A DNA stretch of 64,000 bases. Source: Mobula hypostoma. Lineage: Eukaryota. The position numbers were made by a program, and so were the translations under genes. Under the pieces are notes generated by a model that had not been told where the DNA came from, did not search any database, and saw only the letters and a list, made by a program, of their open reading frames with translations. Position 1 is the first letter of the stretch; every line of letters begins with the position of its first letter. The stretch is from the NCBI RefSeq assembly GCF_963921235.1, contig NC_086104.1, positions 40,486,001 through 40,550,000 of the forward strand. The letters are read 5' to 3'. Positions 36,290 through 49,681 of the stretch are shown piece by piece.

Positions 36290-39200
36290 ATATGAGGCAT
36301 TGGTGAGGAGAGCAAAGGCAGTAGAGAGACTTTTTGTTTAATATGCTTTCTTTCTTGTTGCACAGTTGAAGCTGTGGGGACCAGACAGGATACTGAAATG
36401 CTCCTCTTGTGGGATGTGGGAAAGCAAGGAGGAGCTTCAGTGTTCCTGATGATCACATCTGCAAAAAGTGCAACCAGCTTCAGCATCTTATAGACCGTGT
36501 TAAGGAATTGGAGCTGGAGCAACTCTGGATCATTTAGGAGGCTGAGGTGATAGATAGGTGATACAGAGAGGTAGTTATACCCAAGGTGCAGGACACAGCT
36601 AACTGGACGACGTCAGGAGGAGGAAAGGAGATGGGCAGGCAGTGCAGAATACCCCCGTGGCTACTTGTATCACATGATAGTATGGCTGGGAATAGGAAGA
36701 TAATATAGTGTAACACATGGCAAGGGAGGTGGTGCAGGAGGGACCTGTAGAGGCAGATGGTTTGCACCTGAACTGGAGGGGGACTAATACTCTTGCAGGA
36801 AGGTTTGCTAGGGTTGCATAAAATTGAATTGCAGAGGATGTAAACAAGAGCGCCAGAGCAGATACTAGTGATTCTGGGAAAAGTTGATGTTAAGCATACA
36901 TACAAAGTCAGGAACTGGAAGGCTGAGCATGGTGGGATGAATGTTCTGCATTGTGTATATTTCAATGCGAGGAATATTGTAGGAAAGGTAGATCAGCTTA
37001 GGCCATGGATCAGCACATGGTGTTATGACATTGTAGTCATGGGTGATAGATGTGATAGAGCAGGAGGGGTTAAAGGGGGAGGGGTGGCATTGAGGAATGA
37101 GAAACGTATGGCTATGTCCTTGGGTTGAGATTCTAAATTGGAGAAAGGCTAATTTTGATAGTAATCCAAAGATTTGGCAAGTGTGGTTGGAACACATTAT
37201 TTTCTGGCAAATGTATGCTTGGTAAGTGGGAAGCCTACAAAAGTGAAATTTTGAGAGTACAGTTAGTAGTATGTTGCTGTCATAAAAAGACAAGGATAAA
37301 AGGCTTAGGGAACTTTGGTTTTTGAGAGATGTTGAGGCACTGATTAAGGAGGTGATGCATAGTAGGTGTAAGGCAGGTAAAACAAATGAGGTACTTGAGT
37401 AAAAGAAATGCAAGAGACCACTTAACAAGGAATCAGATGGGATAAAATAGGGCATGAGGTAAGTTGAAGGAGAATTCCAAGGGCATTTACAGATATATTA
37501 AGGCAAAAGTATAGGAAGGGACAAAATTGGTTCTCTTGAAGATCAGAGTGGTTATCTATGCATAGAGCCAAAAGCAATGGGGGAGATCTTAAATGGATTT
37601 TTTACATCTGTATTTACCCTGGAGCTAGACAAAGTCTATAGAAATGAGGCAAAACAGCCGTTAGGTCATGGACCATATAAAGATTAGAGGAGGATGTTTT
37701 GCTCTGTTGAGGCAAATTAGAGTAGATAAATACACAAGGCCCGACAAGGTGTTCACTTTGACCCTATGGGAGGCTAGTGCAGAGATATTTAAATCATCCT
37801 TAGCAACAGGTGAGGTGCCAAAGGATTGAAGGATAGCTAATGTTGTTCCGTTGTTTAAGAAAGGCTCTAAAAATAAGCAGGGAAATTATAGCCAGGTGAG
37901 GATGATATCAGTAGCGGTAAAGTAATTGGAAGATATTCTAAGGGGCTGAATGTATAAGTACTTGGATAGACAAGAATTGATTAGGGATAGCCAAGATGAT
38001 TTTCTGTGTGGTAGGTCATGTCTAACCAATCATAAACAAGAGAAAAATCTGCAGATGCTGGAAATCCAAGCAACATACACAAAATGCTGGAGGGACTCAG
38101 CAGCCCAGGCAGCATCTAAGGAGAAAACAGTCGACATTTCAAACCGGGACCCCTCGTCAGGAAGTCAGTGTAAGAAGGTGGGGGAAGAGGTAGAAGAAAT
38201 ACAAGGTAGCAGGTGATAGGTGAAACCAGCAGGAGGGAGGGGTGAAGTCGATTGCTGAAAGAGATAAAGGGCTGGAGAAGGAGGCATCTGTTAGGAGAGG
38301 ACAGAAGGCCATGGAAGAAAGGGAAGGGGGAGGAGCACCAGAGGGAGGTGATGGGCAGGTAAGGAGATAAGGCGCGAGAGACAAATGGGAATAGGAAATG
38401 GGGAAGGGCAGGGGGTAGCTTTTACAGTAAGTTTGAGAAATCTATGTTCTTGCCATTAGGTTGGAGGCTACCCAGGCGGAATATAAAGTGTTGCTCCTCC
38501 ACCCATAGTGTGGCTTCATCATGGCAGTACAGGAGGCTATGGACTGACACGTAGGAATTGAAATGGGTGGCCACTGGGAGATCCCCTTTCTCTGGTGGAC
38601 AAGAGTATAGGTGCGCAGCAAAGCTGTCTCCCAATCTAGGTCGAGTCTCACCAATATACAGGAGGCCACATCAGAAGCACCAAATACTCTGTTGGGGGGT
38701 CATCTACCCCCAACAGATTCACTGTTTTGGGTCCTGAATGGTAATGAGGGAGGAGGTGTAGGGGCAGGTGTAGCACTTGTTCCACCTGCAAGGGTAAGTA
38801 CCAGGAGGGAGATCAATGGGGAGAGACGAATGGGCAAGGGAATCGGATAGGGAGCGATCCTTGCAGAAAGTAGAAAGCGTAAGGGGCAGGGAAAGATGTG
38901 CTTGGTAGTGGGATACATTGGAGATAGAGGAAATTGCAGAGAATTATCTGCTGGACTCGGAGGACAGTGGGGTGGTAGGTGAGGACAAGAGGAACCCTAT
39001 CCCTGGTGGGGTGGCAGGAGGACACGGTGGCTGCAGATGTGTGTGACATGGAAGAGATGGGGGTGAGGTCAGCATTGATGGTGAAGAAAGGGAAGTCCCT
39101 TTCTTTGAATGATTAGGACGTCTCATTAGTTCTGGAATAAAAAGCTTCATTCTGAGAGCAAATGTGGCAGATACGGAGGAATTGAGAAAAGGAGATGGCA

Positions 39201-40480
39201 TTTTTACAAGTGACGAGTGAGGTGAGGTATCGTCCATGTAGCTGTGAGAATCAGTAGGCTTATATGATATATCAGTAGATAAACTGTCTCTATCCAGAGA
39301 TAGAGACCGAGAGATTTACAAAAGGCGGGGGAAGGTGTCAGAAATGGACCAGATAAATTTGACGGCAGGGTGATTCCTGTGCTCCTGGTTTGGCCTCCTG
39401 TATATCACTGAGACCCGATGTAGATTGGGAGACCGCTTCGCCAAGCAACTATGCTCCGTCTGCCAGAAAAAGTGGGAAACCCACTGGCCGCCCATTTTAA
39501 TTCTACTTCCCATTCCCACATGTGAGTCCACGCCTCCTCTACTGCCACGATGAGGCCACTCCCATGTTAGAGGAGCAACACCTTATATTCCATCTGGGTT
39601 GCTTCCAACCTGGTGATATGCACATCAATTTCTCCAACTTCCAGTGACGGACCCATCCTCTCACCATTCCCCATTCCGGTTTCCCTCTCTCACATTTTTC
39701 CTTAGCTGCCTGTCACCTCCTTTTGGTGCTCCTCCTCCGTCCCTTTCTTCCATGTCCTTCTGTCTTCTCCTATCAGATTCACCCTTCTCCAGTCCTTTAT
39801 CCCTTTCACCAATCGACTTCCCAGCTCTTTACTTCACCCCCCCCCTCTCCTGGTCTTACCTATCACTCACTACCTTGTATTTCTTCCTCTCCCCTCCCCC
39901 CCGCACTACCTTCTTACACTGACTTCTCAAATTTTTTCTCCAGTCTTGATGAGAAGTCTCAGCCCAAAATGCCAACTGTTTATTCTTTTCCATAGATGCT
40001 ACCTGGCCTGCTGAATCCCTCCAGTACTTTGTCATGTCTTACCAATCTTACAGTTTTTCTTGCCAGGAAAGTTAATGAAGGCAAGGCTGTGTATGTTGTC
40101 TACATGGACTTTAGCAAGGTCTTTAACAAGGTCCTGCATGGGAGGTTGGTTAAGACGATTTAGTAGCTTGGCATTCAGGTTGAGGTAGTTAATTGGATTA
40201 CGCATTGGCTTCATGGGAGAAGCTAGAGAGTGAAGTAGATGGTTGACTGGAGGCCTCTGACAATTAGTGTGCCACAGGATCCGCTGTTCTTTGTCATTTA
40301 TATCAATGATCTGGATAATAATGCAAACTGGATCAGCAAATTTACTGATGACACCAACTTTGGGGGGGGGGGCGGGGGCAGGTGCTGTGGTGGACAGTGA
40401 AGAAGTTCTCACAGGATCTGGACCAGCTGGAAAAACGGGCTGAAAAATGTCAGACGGAATTTAATGCAGACAAGTGTAAC
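36290..40480 (+). mobile_element. Decayed CR1 LINE (family of 11200-15648) with internal deletions, split by a Penelope element
   Basis: ORF1 zipper remnant, CVYFNARNIVGKVDQL APE start, RT pieces; continuity restored across the 17-bp TSD. Confidence 0.85.
38032..40030. mobile_element. Penelope-like element (RT/GIY-YIG) with inverted arms and a pseudo-LTR at each outer end
   Basis: TSD GTCATGTCT(A/T)ACCAATC 38015-31 / 40031-47. Minus arm: HPAVKFIWSISD, DRVPLVLTYHP, PVATHFN...EQHFIFRLGSLQPNG. Plus arm from about 39372: GLLYITETRCRLGDRF. Confidence 0.88.
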
Positions 40481-40624
40481 TGCCATTCCCAATAAATGCT
40501 GTCAATTAATTTCAATTTACATTTTCATTTATCTAAACTGTTTATTGTGGAATAAATCTTCTACAAGAGCACCGAAGAAAAATAATGATATTTTTGAGAA
40601 AACCATAATTCTCGAAATACATAC

Positions 40625-40697
40625 TTCGGCTTTATGTCAGGTCTAAATCCCTCAGGGGCTTCAATTCCTTCCAGACTGGCACTGGAGGGGTTATCTG
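40625..40697 (-). CDS. UBR2: UBR2 coding exon (DNPSSASLEGIEAPEGFRPDIKP)
   Basis: tttag|cag tandem acceptor, gtatgt donor, 73 nt (70 with the distal AG), phase 1/2; PEGFRPD motif. Confidence 0.9.
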
Positions 40698-42334
40698 CTA
40701 AATCAGGAAATGATACATGGTTGTCATACTTTTAACTTAATTTCATACATCTATTTTTTTAAACTTTAAACAAAGGCATCCATGAATGTGCAGAGAGCTG
40801 CCAGCAATATACATTCAAAATCCCACTTACCTAGAAAGATGGAGCAGACTTTTTAGTCATATTTATGGCAATCACCTTGACTATATCCCTTGATTTGGTT
40901 TTAATATATTTACTCCTTAAAAGCAGTATTCAAAGTTATTTATCATGTAACAATTGCTAACTGTTCAGATTTGAGAATTAAGGTGAACATGTATGAATCA
41001 GCCCAGATTTTTCTCATTCAGGGAACAAATTTTTATTGCATATATTTTGTCCCACTCATGATAATCAAGAAAAACTAATTTAACCGGGATGTAGATATAA
41101 TATGGTACAAGTTTTAACAACTAGTAAAAAAGCAACATCAGTATAGAAACCAATGAATCAATGATTGTTTGAAAAAGAGACTTAACATGTATCTCACCCA
41201 ATTAGTGTTTCTAACCTGCCCTGTTATTAGTTTTTGGAGAGATTTATATAATGTAACTGGACAGATATTACATCTTGCAAATGCTATGGGTTGAAGTCAA
41301 CCGAAATAAAATTGGAATAATGCATTATAAATAAAAAATAACAATAAGGGTCCCCACTTTGATTTTTATTTTATTCAATCACAAGTTGTGGTTATTGTGT
41401 ACCAGCATTTATTTCCCATTCCTGTTTGCTCTCCAGAGGTAAGTTATGAGCTTCCTCACATTGCTGCTGGCTTTCAGTTGAAGGTGCAATCAAAATATTA
41501 TTAGGTTGCAAATTTCAAGATTCAGTCTCAAAGACAATGGAACATGAGGATATTTTGGGAGTTGCTATCAGAGTAAAACAGGCAAGTAAATACACTGAAC
41601 TTTGCAGATGGATCATGCTGTAGTGTCAGAGAGCAAATGCTTGGGAAAACAGAGAACCAATCAAATGGGCTGTTTTCTCCTGCCTGGTTTTGCACTGCAA
41701 GTGCTCCTTGACATCACGACTTATATAAAATTACTTTGGAGCATAATATTTTAAAATACACCATTCAACTTAAAGTTGTTTGCATTTATGGGACAAAACT
41801 AAACAATGTGCTCATGCATCATACAAACTCGCTTAATATACTTTATCTGAATATTAAACACATAGCTTACCTGAAAATTATTGGGTTAAAGAGAGATTGG
41901 ATAAACATCCTATAATTCTAACTGTAACTCAGCAGTAAAAAGATAAATAATGGTTCCTTTCAGAAGCAGTGCAAGATTGCATTTGCAAGCTGCCTCTTAT
42001 GCTGAATATGGGGTAGTTAAGAAGAGCTTTTTAAGTTTGCTTCCGTTAAATATATTCGATAACAATGCCATTATATGGCCATTAATAGTTAGTCTAACTA
42101 AATAGAACAGAACAATAATAATTAGTCTGTATGGATTGAATACTTTTTACTCTCAGTAAATTTCAGTAACTTTTGCCTGTAACCTTGGCCTGTATTGTAT
42201 CATAGACATACAAATTATCTTGATTATGAAAGATTTGAAAAAATAAATCACAGGTAGGCAATTTTCATTTCCATTATCATAATTCTGTTTATCCAGAAAA
42301 TACATGCATTAATTAAAATTCTTTAAGAGCTTAC

Positions 42335-42444
42335 CAGATACTGGCTGCTTATCCTGGATTTTTCTCAGTACATTCAAATGTTGCAAAGTACACTTCAGCC
42401 ATTGAGATAAAACAGGAATGCCCGAAAAGCTTTTTGAATTGTTA
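42335..42444 (-). CDS. UBR2: UBR2 coding exon (NNSKSFSGIPVLSQWLKCTLQHLNVLRKIQDKQPVS)
   Basis: ttttcag / gtaag, 110 nt, phase 2/1 fits both neighbours; divergent region, aligns with FSDQPNLTQW. Confidence 0.85.
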
Positions 42445-42744
42445 CTGAAAACACAAAAATACAGGTCTGTTTGCTTCAGTAATGCTATTCCAATGGATTC
42501 ATTATGTAGAATTCCATAATGCTTTCAGTGAAACTAACATTTTTATCACTTTTCCTGGTCCTTAATAGATTTAGTATAGAATACTAAATCAAACAAATTT
42601 TAACAGGATGGCATAATTCTAAACTTTTCTTCTTGACTAAGAACCTTGGGATTTCCCACCTGAAAAACTCAACAGCTGCTTTAAAACAAATTTGTAGTAC
42701 TATGTCTTCATTAATATAATTGTGCTGAAAGAGACGACAATTAT

Positions 42745-43165
42745 ATCCAGGAGGACCACAACCTTATTGTGGTTTGGAGGTTTGCAGGCTTCAGTGACCC
42801 GGGGAGCTGTGCTTGCTGGAGTCAGGGCCTTGTGCTTTGGCACCTAGTGTGGTAACCCCATGCCAAACAGGTTAAAGGATAGCGGCCAGACTGAGAGTGG
42901 TCCAGTAGCTCTCCAGATTCGGATTCAGAATAGGGGTAACAACTCTGACTGGTCAAACAAAACTGTTACAGAAACACGATGAAGAATCCTTCTACATCTG
43001 TGTGTGATGGCACTCCTGAATCTTCAAATAGGCTCTGCATAGCTGAGAGTAGTGAAAATCAAGAGGGCGCTACTGGCATGATTAAGCAAGTTCTGAACAC
43101 CATCACAACCAAATAGCCAAGGACAGACAGAGATGAAGGAACTTCACTGCTGCCCTAAACGCCTT
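42745..43165 (+). mobile_element. RTE 5'-UTR-derived non-autonomous element (approximate bounds)
   Basis: Resembles Expander/Rex3-type leader (ACCTTATTGTGGTTTGGAGG...GCCAAACAGG...GGCCAGACTGAGAG...GGGGTAACAACTCTG). Confidence 0.5.
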
Positions 43166-43177
43166 TCATTTAGAAAG

Positions 43178-43925
43178 GTTCAAAGTTCAAAGTAAATTTA
43201 TTATCAATGTATGTATATAATACCATATACATCCTTGAGATTCATTTTCTTGCAGGCATTCACAGTAGGATAAAGAAATAAAATAGAATCAATGAGGAAT
43301 TATACACAAACAAAAATTGACAAATAACCAATGTGTAAAAGGAGACAAACCAAATACAAAAAAGACAAATAAATAAGACAGACAAATAAGTAAATAAATA
43401 AATATTGAGAACATGAATTGTAGAGTCATTGAAACAGTCCATAATTTGTGGAATCAGTTCAAATTAAAGTGAATGAAGTTAGACACTCTGGTTCAGGAGT
43501 CTGATGGTTGAAAAGTTAATACTATTCCTGAACTTTGTCAAATTTATTGTCATTTACATGCATATCGTCAAACAAGACAACATTTCTCCAGACCAGGGTA
43601 TAAAGCACAGTCGTACACAACACATATACAGCACACAATAACTTGGGAAAGTAAGAATTAAATCTACAAATGAATTACACATAAACAAAGTAAAGTGCAT
43701 AAATTAAATATTGCAGGGTACAAAATAAATTAACCAAAGACACTTAGCGGTGTGCAACTTATAGCTCCTGCATCTTCTTCCAAACAGCAGCAGCAAGAAG
43801 AGAGCACGGCCTGAATGGTGCGGGTCCTTGATGATGGATGCTGCTTTCATGTGCCAGCACTCCTTGCTCTCGATGGTGGTGAGGGCTTTGCCTGTGATGG
43901 ATTGGGCTGTATCCACCACTTTTCA
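43178..43925 (-). mobile_element. Two adjacent Rex-Babar/L2-type 3' fragments
   Basis: (TTCAAAG)n tail at 43179; KAASIIKDPHHSGRALFLLL in ORF 43704..43919. Confidence 0.65.
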
Positions 43926-44033
43926 AAGGAAAAACTGAGGGGAGTTCCAAACAATTGGAAGAATATATTGTATTAGGTAGGGCAAAGAAAGTGACCACAA
44001 AAAGCCAGTGTCAGAAGATTCATGTATTGAATA

Positions 44034-46935
44034 CAGTGGCAAGAGAAAGTTTCAACTCTCTGCAATTACCTAGTTATCTGCATTAATTACTCGTAAAATG
44101 TGATCTGATCTTCATTCAAGTCACAATAATATACAAACACAATCTTCCTAAAATGACACACAAACAGTTGTACTTTTCATGTGTTTATTGAACACAGTTT
44201 AATCTTTCACACCCCAGGCTGGAAAAAGTATGTGAGCTATTGTATGGAATAACTGGTAAAACCTCCTTTAGCAACAATAACCTCCACCAAACATTTCCTG
44301 TAGTTGCTGATCAGACTTGCACAATGGCAAAGAGGAATTTTAGACCATTCCTCCATACAAAACTGTTTTAGTTCATCAATATTTCTGGGATACCTTGCAT
44401 GAGCAGTCCTCTTCAGGTCATGCCACAGCACCTCAATTGAGTTAAGGTCAGGACTCTGACTTGGCCATTCCAAAACATGAATGTTCTTTTTAAACCATTC
44501 TGTTGATTTACTCTTGGGTTTCGGATCACTGTCTTGTTGCATTATCCAACTCCTATTAAGCTTCAGGTGATGGACAACTACCCTAATATTCTCCTGTAAA
44601 ATATCTTGGTACAATCTTCAATTCATGGTTCCCTCAAAAATTGCAAGCTGTCCAAACCCTGATGTGGCAAAGCAGCTCCAAACCATGATGCTCCTTCCAC
44701 CATGCTTCACAGTTGGGATGAGGTTTTGGTGTTGGTGTGTAGTGCCCTTTTTCCTCCAGAAATAGTGATATGCATTTCTGCCAAAAAGTTCAACTTTTGT
44801 CTCATCTGTCCATAGAACTTTGTTCCAGAAGCATTGTGGAACATCCAGGTGGTCTTTTGCAAACTTGAGATGTGCAGCAATGCTATTTCTGGAGATAAAT
44901 GGTTTCCTCCATGATGCCCATCCATGAACACCATTCTTGTTCAGTACTTACCTTATAGTGGACACATGAACAGAGACCTTAGCAAGTCCTAGAGATTTCG
45001 GCAGGTCTTTTGCATTTACCTTTGAGTTCTTTTTCACTTTCAGCATTGATGAAAGTGAAAAAGAACTTGGTGTGATCTTTGCAGGACATCTACGAGAGTA
45101 GCAAAAGTATCGAATATCTTCTATTTGAAGACAATTTCTCTTACTGTGGACTGAGAACACTGGTGTTTAAAAGTGCTTTTGTAGCCTTTTCCAGCTTCAT
45201 GCATCTCTACAATTCTTCCTCTAAGGTCCTCTGAAAGATGTTTTGATTGAAGCATGTTGCACATAAACAGATATCTCTTGAGAAGAACAGGATCTGATTT
45301 TGTGTGTCTTTTTTTATAGGGCAGGGCACCTCTACAACCTGCACCTCCATTTTCATCTCACTGATTGGAACACCTGACTCCAAATAGCTTTTGCAGAAGG
45401 CATCGCATTGAAGGTCCTATATGAATTACATAGGACCATAAGTTTAGTGAGTCATATCACCAAGCTACTTCTAACAATTTTGATGACAAGAGCTAAAAGT
45501 AAGATACGTTGAAATAGGTAAAGAACAATGTGGTTTTGTGAAAGACAAAGGTAAAAGAAACACGATATTGGTGCTAAGGATACTATCAGAACGAGCTATT
45601 CAGGTGCAAAAAGATTTGTTTGTTCGTTTTATCCACTACACAAAAGCATTTGATAAAGTGAAGCACAATAAGTTATTTGAAATATTACAGGAAACTCTAG
45701 ATCTAGTTTTGAAGGACCTCCGCCTAATCAGAAATCTATACTGGGAACAAACTGCCGCTGTAAGAATGGATGGAGAAGTGAGTCAGTTTACGAAAATCAA
45801 GAGAAGTGTTAGACAAGGGTGTGTTTTCTCTTCTGATTTGTTTAATGTGTACAGTGAAACAATATTACAAAAAATAAGAGACATCTTGGAATCAAAGTTG
45901 GCGGTGAAAACATCAATAATTTCAGATGTGCGGATGACACCATGTTAATTTGCAAGTACGGAGGAAGAACTACAAAACTTAATTGATATAGTTGTCGAAG
46001 AAAGTGCAAAAATGGGTCTATCAATTAATTGCAAAAAGACAGAATGTATGGTGATATCCAAAAGAAAGAGAATCCTATCTGCAGGCTGAGAATAAATAGG
46101 GAAGACATAAAACAAGTACAGAACTTTTGTTACTTAGGAAGCTGGGTGCCATCAGATGGCAGCTGCGACTTGGACATCAAAAGAAGAATAGGGATGGCAA
46201 AAGACACCTTTACGAGAATGAAGAGTATACTGACCGACACTAAACTAGGCATGACAACCCACCTCAGAGTACTGAAATGTTACGTTTATCCAGTTATGTT
46301 ATATGGCTCAGAATGTTGGACAATATCTGGTAATATGAGGAAACGAATTGAAGCAGCAGAGATGTGGTTTTTGAGGAGGATGCAAAGAATATCATGGATG
46401 AAATGAATATCTAACGAGGATGTCATGAACAGAACAAATACAAAAAGACAATTAATGTATGAGATCATGAAAAGGCAACATAACTTCATTGGACATGTGA
46501 TTAGGAAAGAGGAGTTAGAATGCATGGTAATTATGGGAAAGATTGAAGGGAAGAAAGCAAGAGGAAGACAAAGACAAATGATGATGGAGACAGCAGCCAG
46601 AGAACTGGAAATGAATACCAATGAATTGATCCACTTGACCCGAAACAGGAGTGTTTGGGCCATGGCGGTCAAAGCTCATACGGGGCACAGCACCTGATGA
46701 TGATGATGAGAAGGCATCACCCCAGAGGTTCACATACTTTTTTTGAACTTAGACTGTGATTGTTTAAATAGCCTACTCAGAATTGACGAGAAGTACAATT
46801 GTTAGTGTTCTTAGTTTAGGCAGATTGTGTTTGTCTATTATTGTGACTTAGATGAAGATTCCATCACATTTTATGAGTAATTAATGCAGAAAACCAAGTA
46901 ATTGCGAAGGTTTCACGAACTTTTTCTTGCAACTG
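44034..46935 (-). mobile_element. Tc1 transposon with long (about 200 bp) inverted repeats, interrupted by RTE
   Basis: TA|CAGTGGCAAGAGAAAG ... CTTTTTCTTGCAACTG|TA; DDE region WIMQQDSDPK...EWPSQSPDLNSIEVLW (ORF 44237..44614). Confidence 0.9.
45405..46708 (+). mobile_element. RTE-clade LINE, 5'-truncated, relatively young
   Basis: 10-bp TSD AGAAGGCATC (45395-404 / 46709-718); KAFDKV, VRQGC, YLGS, LYGSECW; (TGA)n tail. Confidence 0.92.
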
Positions 46936-48115
46936 TATATATGGCAAAGTTGGTGATTATTTCACAAAATCATCTACAGCTTTGAGAGTTTGTGGAGGAA
47001 TCTGCAAAAGTAGCATATTTTCGTGCTGCATTACAGGAGTCAACTTTTATTTGCGAGGAAATGTAGTGAATGAGATAAAAGTACATGACAAACAGATTTT
47101 AGAAACAAAATAGGTGCTGTATAGGCAAGGAGGGGACTGGTACGTAATTGCCAGGCTGAATGGGCACCTTCTGTTGTCAATGCTACATGTGTGGAATAAA
47201 ATAGGCCAGCTGTTGCTTATAGATAAGTGACTATCAGCCAGAAGTGACTGTTCAAAATAACAGGAAAGATCAATGCTGGAGATATATTAACAATATTCAC
47301 CCAGTAGGTATGGAACCACAAATAGGTCAATTTCAAACAACAGAGAGGCAGTAGCACAGATCAGTGTAGTTGACTGAATTTATTAGCATACATCAATGGC
47401 CCAATGTGCTACTGTTAAAAGACAGGATGTCATTCATATTATTGTTACAGTTAAAATTATCAAACCTCAAACACACTTGAAAGTTTCTATTCCACTTATT
47501 TAAAATAATCTGGAAATAAGAGGCAGAATTGTTACTAGATGCTGCTTGTTTGCAGGAATTTTAAGTTCAACAACTCACGATAAGTAAATGGCAGAGGCAC
47601 AAGAGACTGCAGATGCTGGAACTCGAGCAAAAGATAAACTGCTTGAAGAACTAGTGGGTCAAGCTACATTTTCGAAGGCAAAGGGATGGTCATAGTTTTG
47701 GGTCAAGACCTATAACCATGGTAGAAAATCGCTGCACTTGGCCCAACGTACCAATATTCTGAAATTACTGTGGAGCATATCACTTTAAGATTCACATCAT
47801 CAGTTGCACTGTACTACTTGTTTGAAAACATTTGGTCAAGGAATAAGATAAAAGATAGTGGTGTGCCAAGTGCAATAATACCAGAGTGGACCCTTCAAAT
47901 TTGCCCATCAACAATAAGGCTCTTGGAATCTAAGATTTTGCACAAGACATCAAAGTTTTCAAAAGGCATATGAATTTATTTGCTCATATTCAGACTTCAA
48001 AGTATACTTGCAACTGCTGTTCATTGTCTGTGCTTGCTAATTAGTGGTATAATTGCTGTATGGGGAATAGAGTTACTCAACACGCATAATACTGGACACA
48101 ATAATACAATCTAAC

Positions 48116-48277
48116 CTGTTCTGTGGGCTCCAAGATGAAGGAAGCAAAGGAATTACTGTATTGCTCAAACATTCACAGAGAGGACAAAGAAACTCTCCAT
48201 TCTCCACATCATAGCTAGTGTGCACCCTTAATCTCTGTTGTCTACGCTGTTCTTTTGCTTGAACTGCATCAAAGTAG
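48116..48277 (-). CDS. UBR2: UBR2 coding exon, RING-H2 end (YFDAVQAKEQRRQQRLRVHTSYDVENGEFLCPLCECLSNTVIPLL)
   Basis: tttttgcag / gttaga, 162 nt, phase 2/2. Confidence 0.97.
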
Positions 48278-49077
48278 CTGCAAAAAGAATAATTAGATTT
48301 TTTAAACTTACATAAAAATAATTGTTAGCTCAAGAGAAATAATAATTGTATTTTTTAGCTCAATGCGTGCATCTGTGTATATAAAAATACTACTTTAAGA
48401 ATTAAAAATTCAATTTGGTCTATCATTTGAAGAGCTGAGTAGAATATAGGATAGAATTGTAAAGGCACTTAATCTTTGACCCGAGATCCTGCTGGGCACA
48501 AAAACCCCTCAGTTAATGGTAAGAATCTATGGCATGGAAAAGGTTGAACACCACTGAGTTAAAGGGACAGTAGATATAACTAAATAGAATGCTGTTAGTC
48601 CTGAGTATTTAAATATCTTGACAAAATAGGAGGAATATTTGTTTCTAATTGGTAGTAACATGGCTTAAAATTACAGTAAACTAAGCTACAGGACAGAAAA
48701 TTAAATAGCCTACAGTGAAATGTTACATAATCACATGGCTTTAGCGATTATGTGAAATATGTCATAACTAATCATTAACTAATTAATTTATACAGCTAAA
48801 GTATTTTTCTGGGCAACAATAATAGATAGTGACCAGTGATAACAAGAGGACCTGCTCGAAATACTCAGTAGGCCATATTGCATTTGTGAAAAGAGAAGCA
48901 GATCCAATTTTTCAGGATGATAACTCATCAGATTTTAGCCGTGGGGGAAAAGAACTTTTCAGAATTGAAAAATTCACTGATCACCATTTGCGAAGATTAG
49001 TGGAATGTATCAGACACCAGCCTAAACTCTTTGAATGGTGAAGGGAACTACATTTGTTATGAAGATTTTGTACTAAC

Positions 49078-49171
49078 CTCTGCCAGCAGTGGGCATGCAT
49101 GATGTGTCCACAGCTACCTATATGGGTGCCACAGGTCAAATCTGGCTGCATGATCAATGGGTCATAGTTTT
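49078..49171 (-). CDS. UBR2: UBR2 coding exon, RING-H2 middle ([30 protein letters not shown])
   Basis: ttcattag / gttagt, 94 nt, phase 1/2. Confidence 0.97.
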
Positions 49172-49481
49172 CTAATGAAGAGAAATAAAAGCACATTGAA
49201 AATGAACCTAACACTTAATAAATGGTGAATTTGAAAAAGCATGTTTCCTGATAAACATGATTTTAAAATGATGCTGACTTCAAGAAAACAAAATACACCC
49301 ATATTAAATATTTTAGGCCAACAAGGTATATTTTGCAATCAAATTTGAAGACTCTCCTAATACAGCTAAAATCTGCCATTTTTCTGACTACACATTGGAG
49401 TGAAAACAAATAAACCTGTTGAAATCCCAGTAAAGAATTTTTTCCTTTGATGATAACTCAGTTTCAAAAATGTGAAATCAC

Positions 49482-49681
49482 CTGGATCCTGAATGGTTCT
49501 TGTCCTGTTCTTTGATAAGACAGTTGACCTTTGAACAAATGATGCCAAAACCATTGCTTTGTTATTAACTTTGATCTCTTGTTCCTCCTGACACAAGATG
49601 CATGTCACAACTTGCTTCTTTTCAAAAACCTTTGTTTGTCTGGGACCCAAAGCAATCAATGCAGCATCAGGAACTATTGGG
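49482..49681 (-). CDS. UBR2: UBR2 coding exon, start of RING-H2 (ALGPRQT...VTCILCQEEQE...SKNRTRTIQDP)
   Basis: cccctgtag / gtgatt, 200 nt, phase 2/1; overlaps ORF 49366..49659. Confidence 0.96.

Noticed and set aside
39941-39980. Active hammerhead at the right end of the Penelope element
   Set aside because: Core is mutated (TTGATGA, CAAAA, GCC) and stem II is broken.
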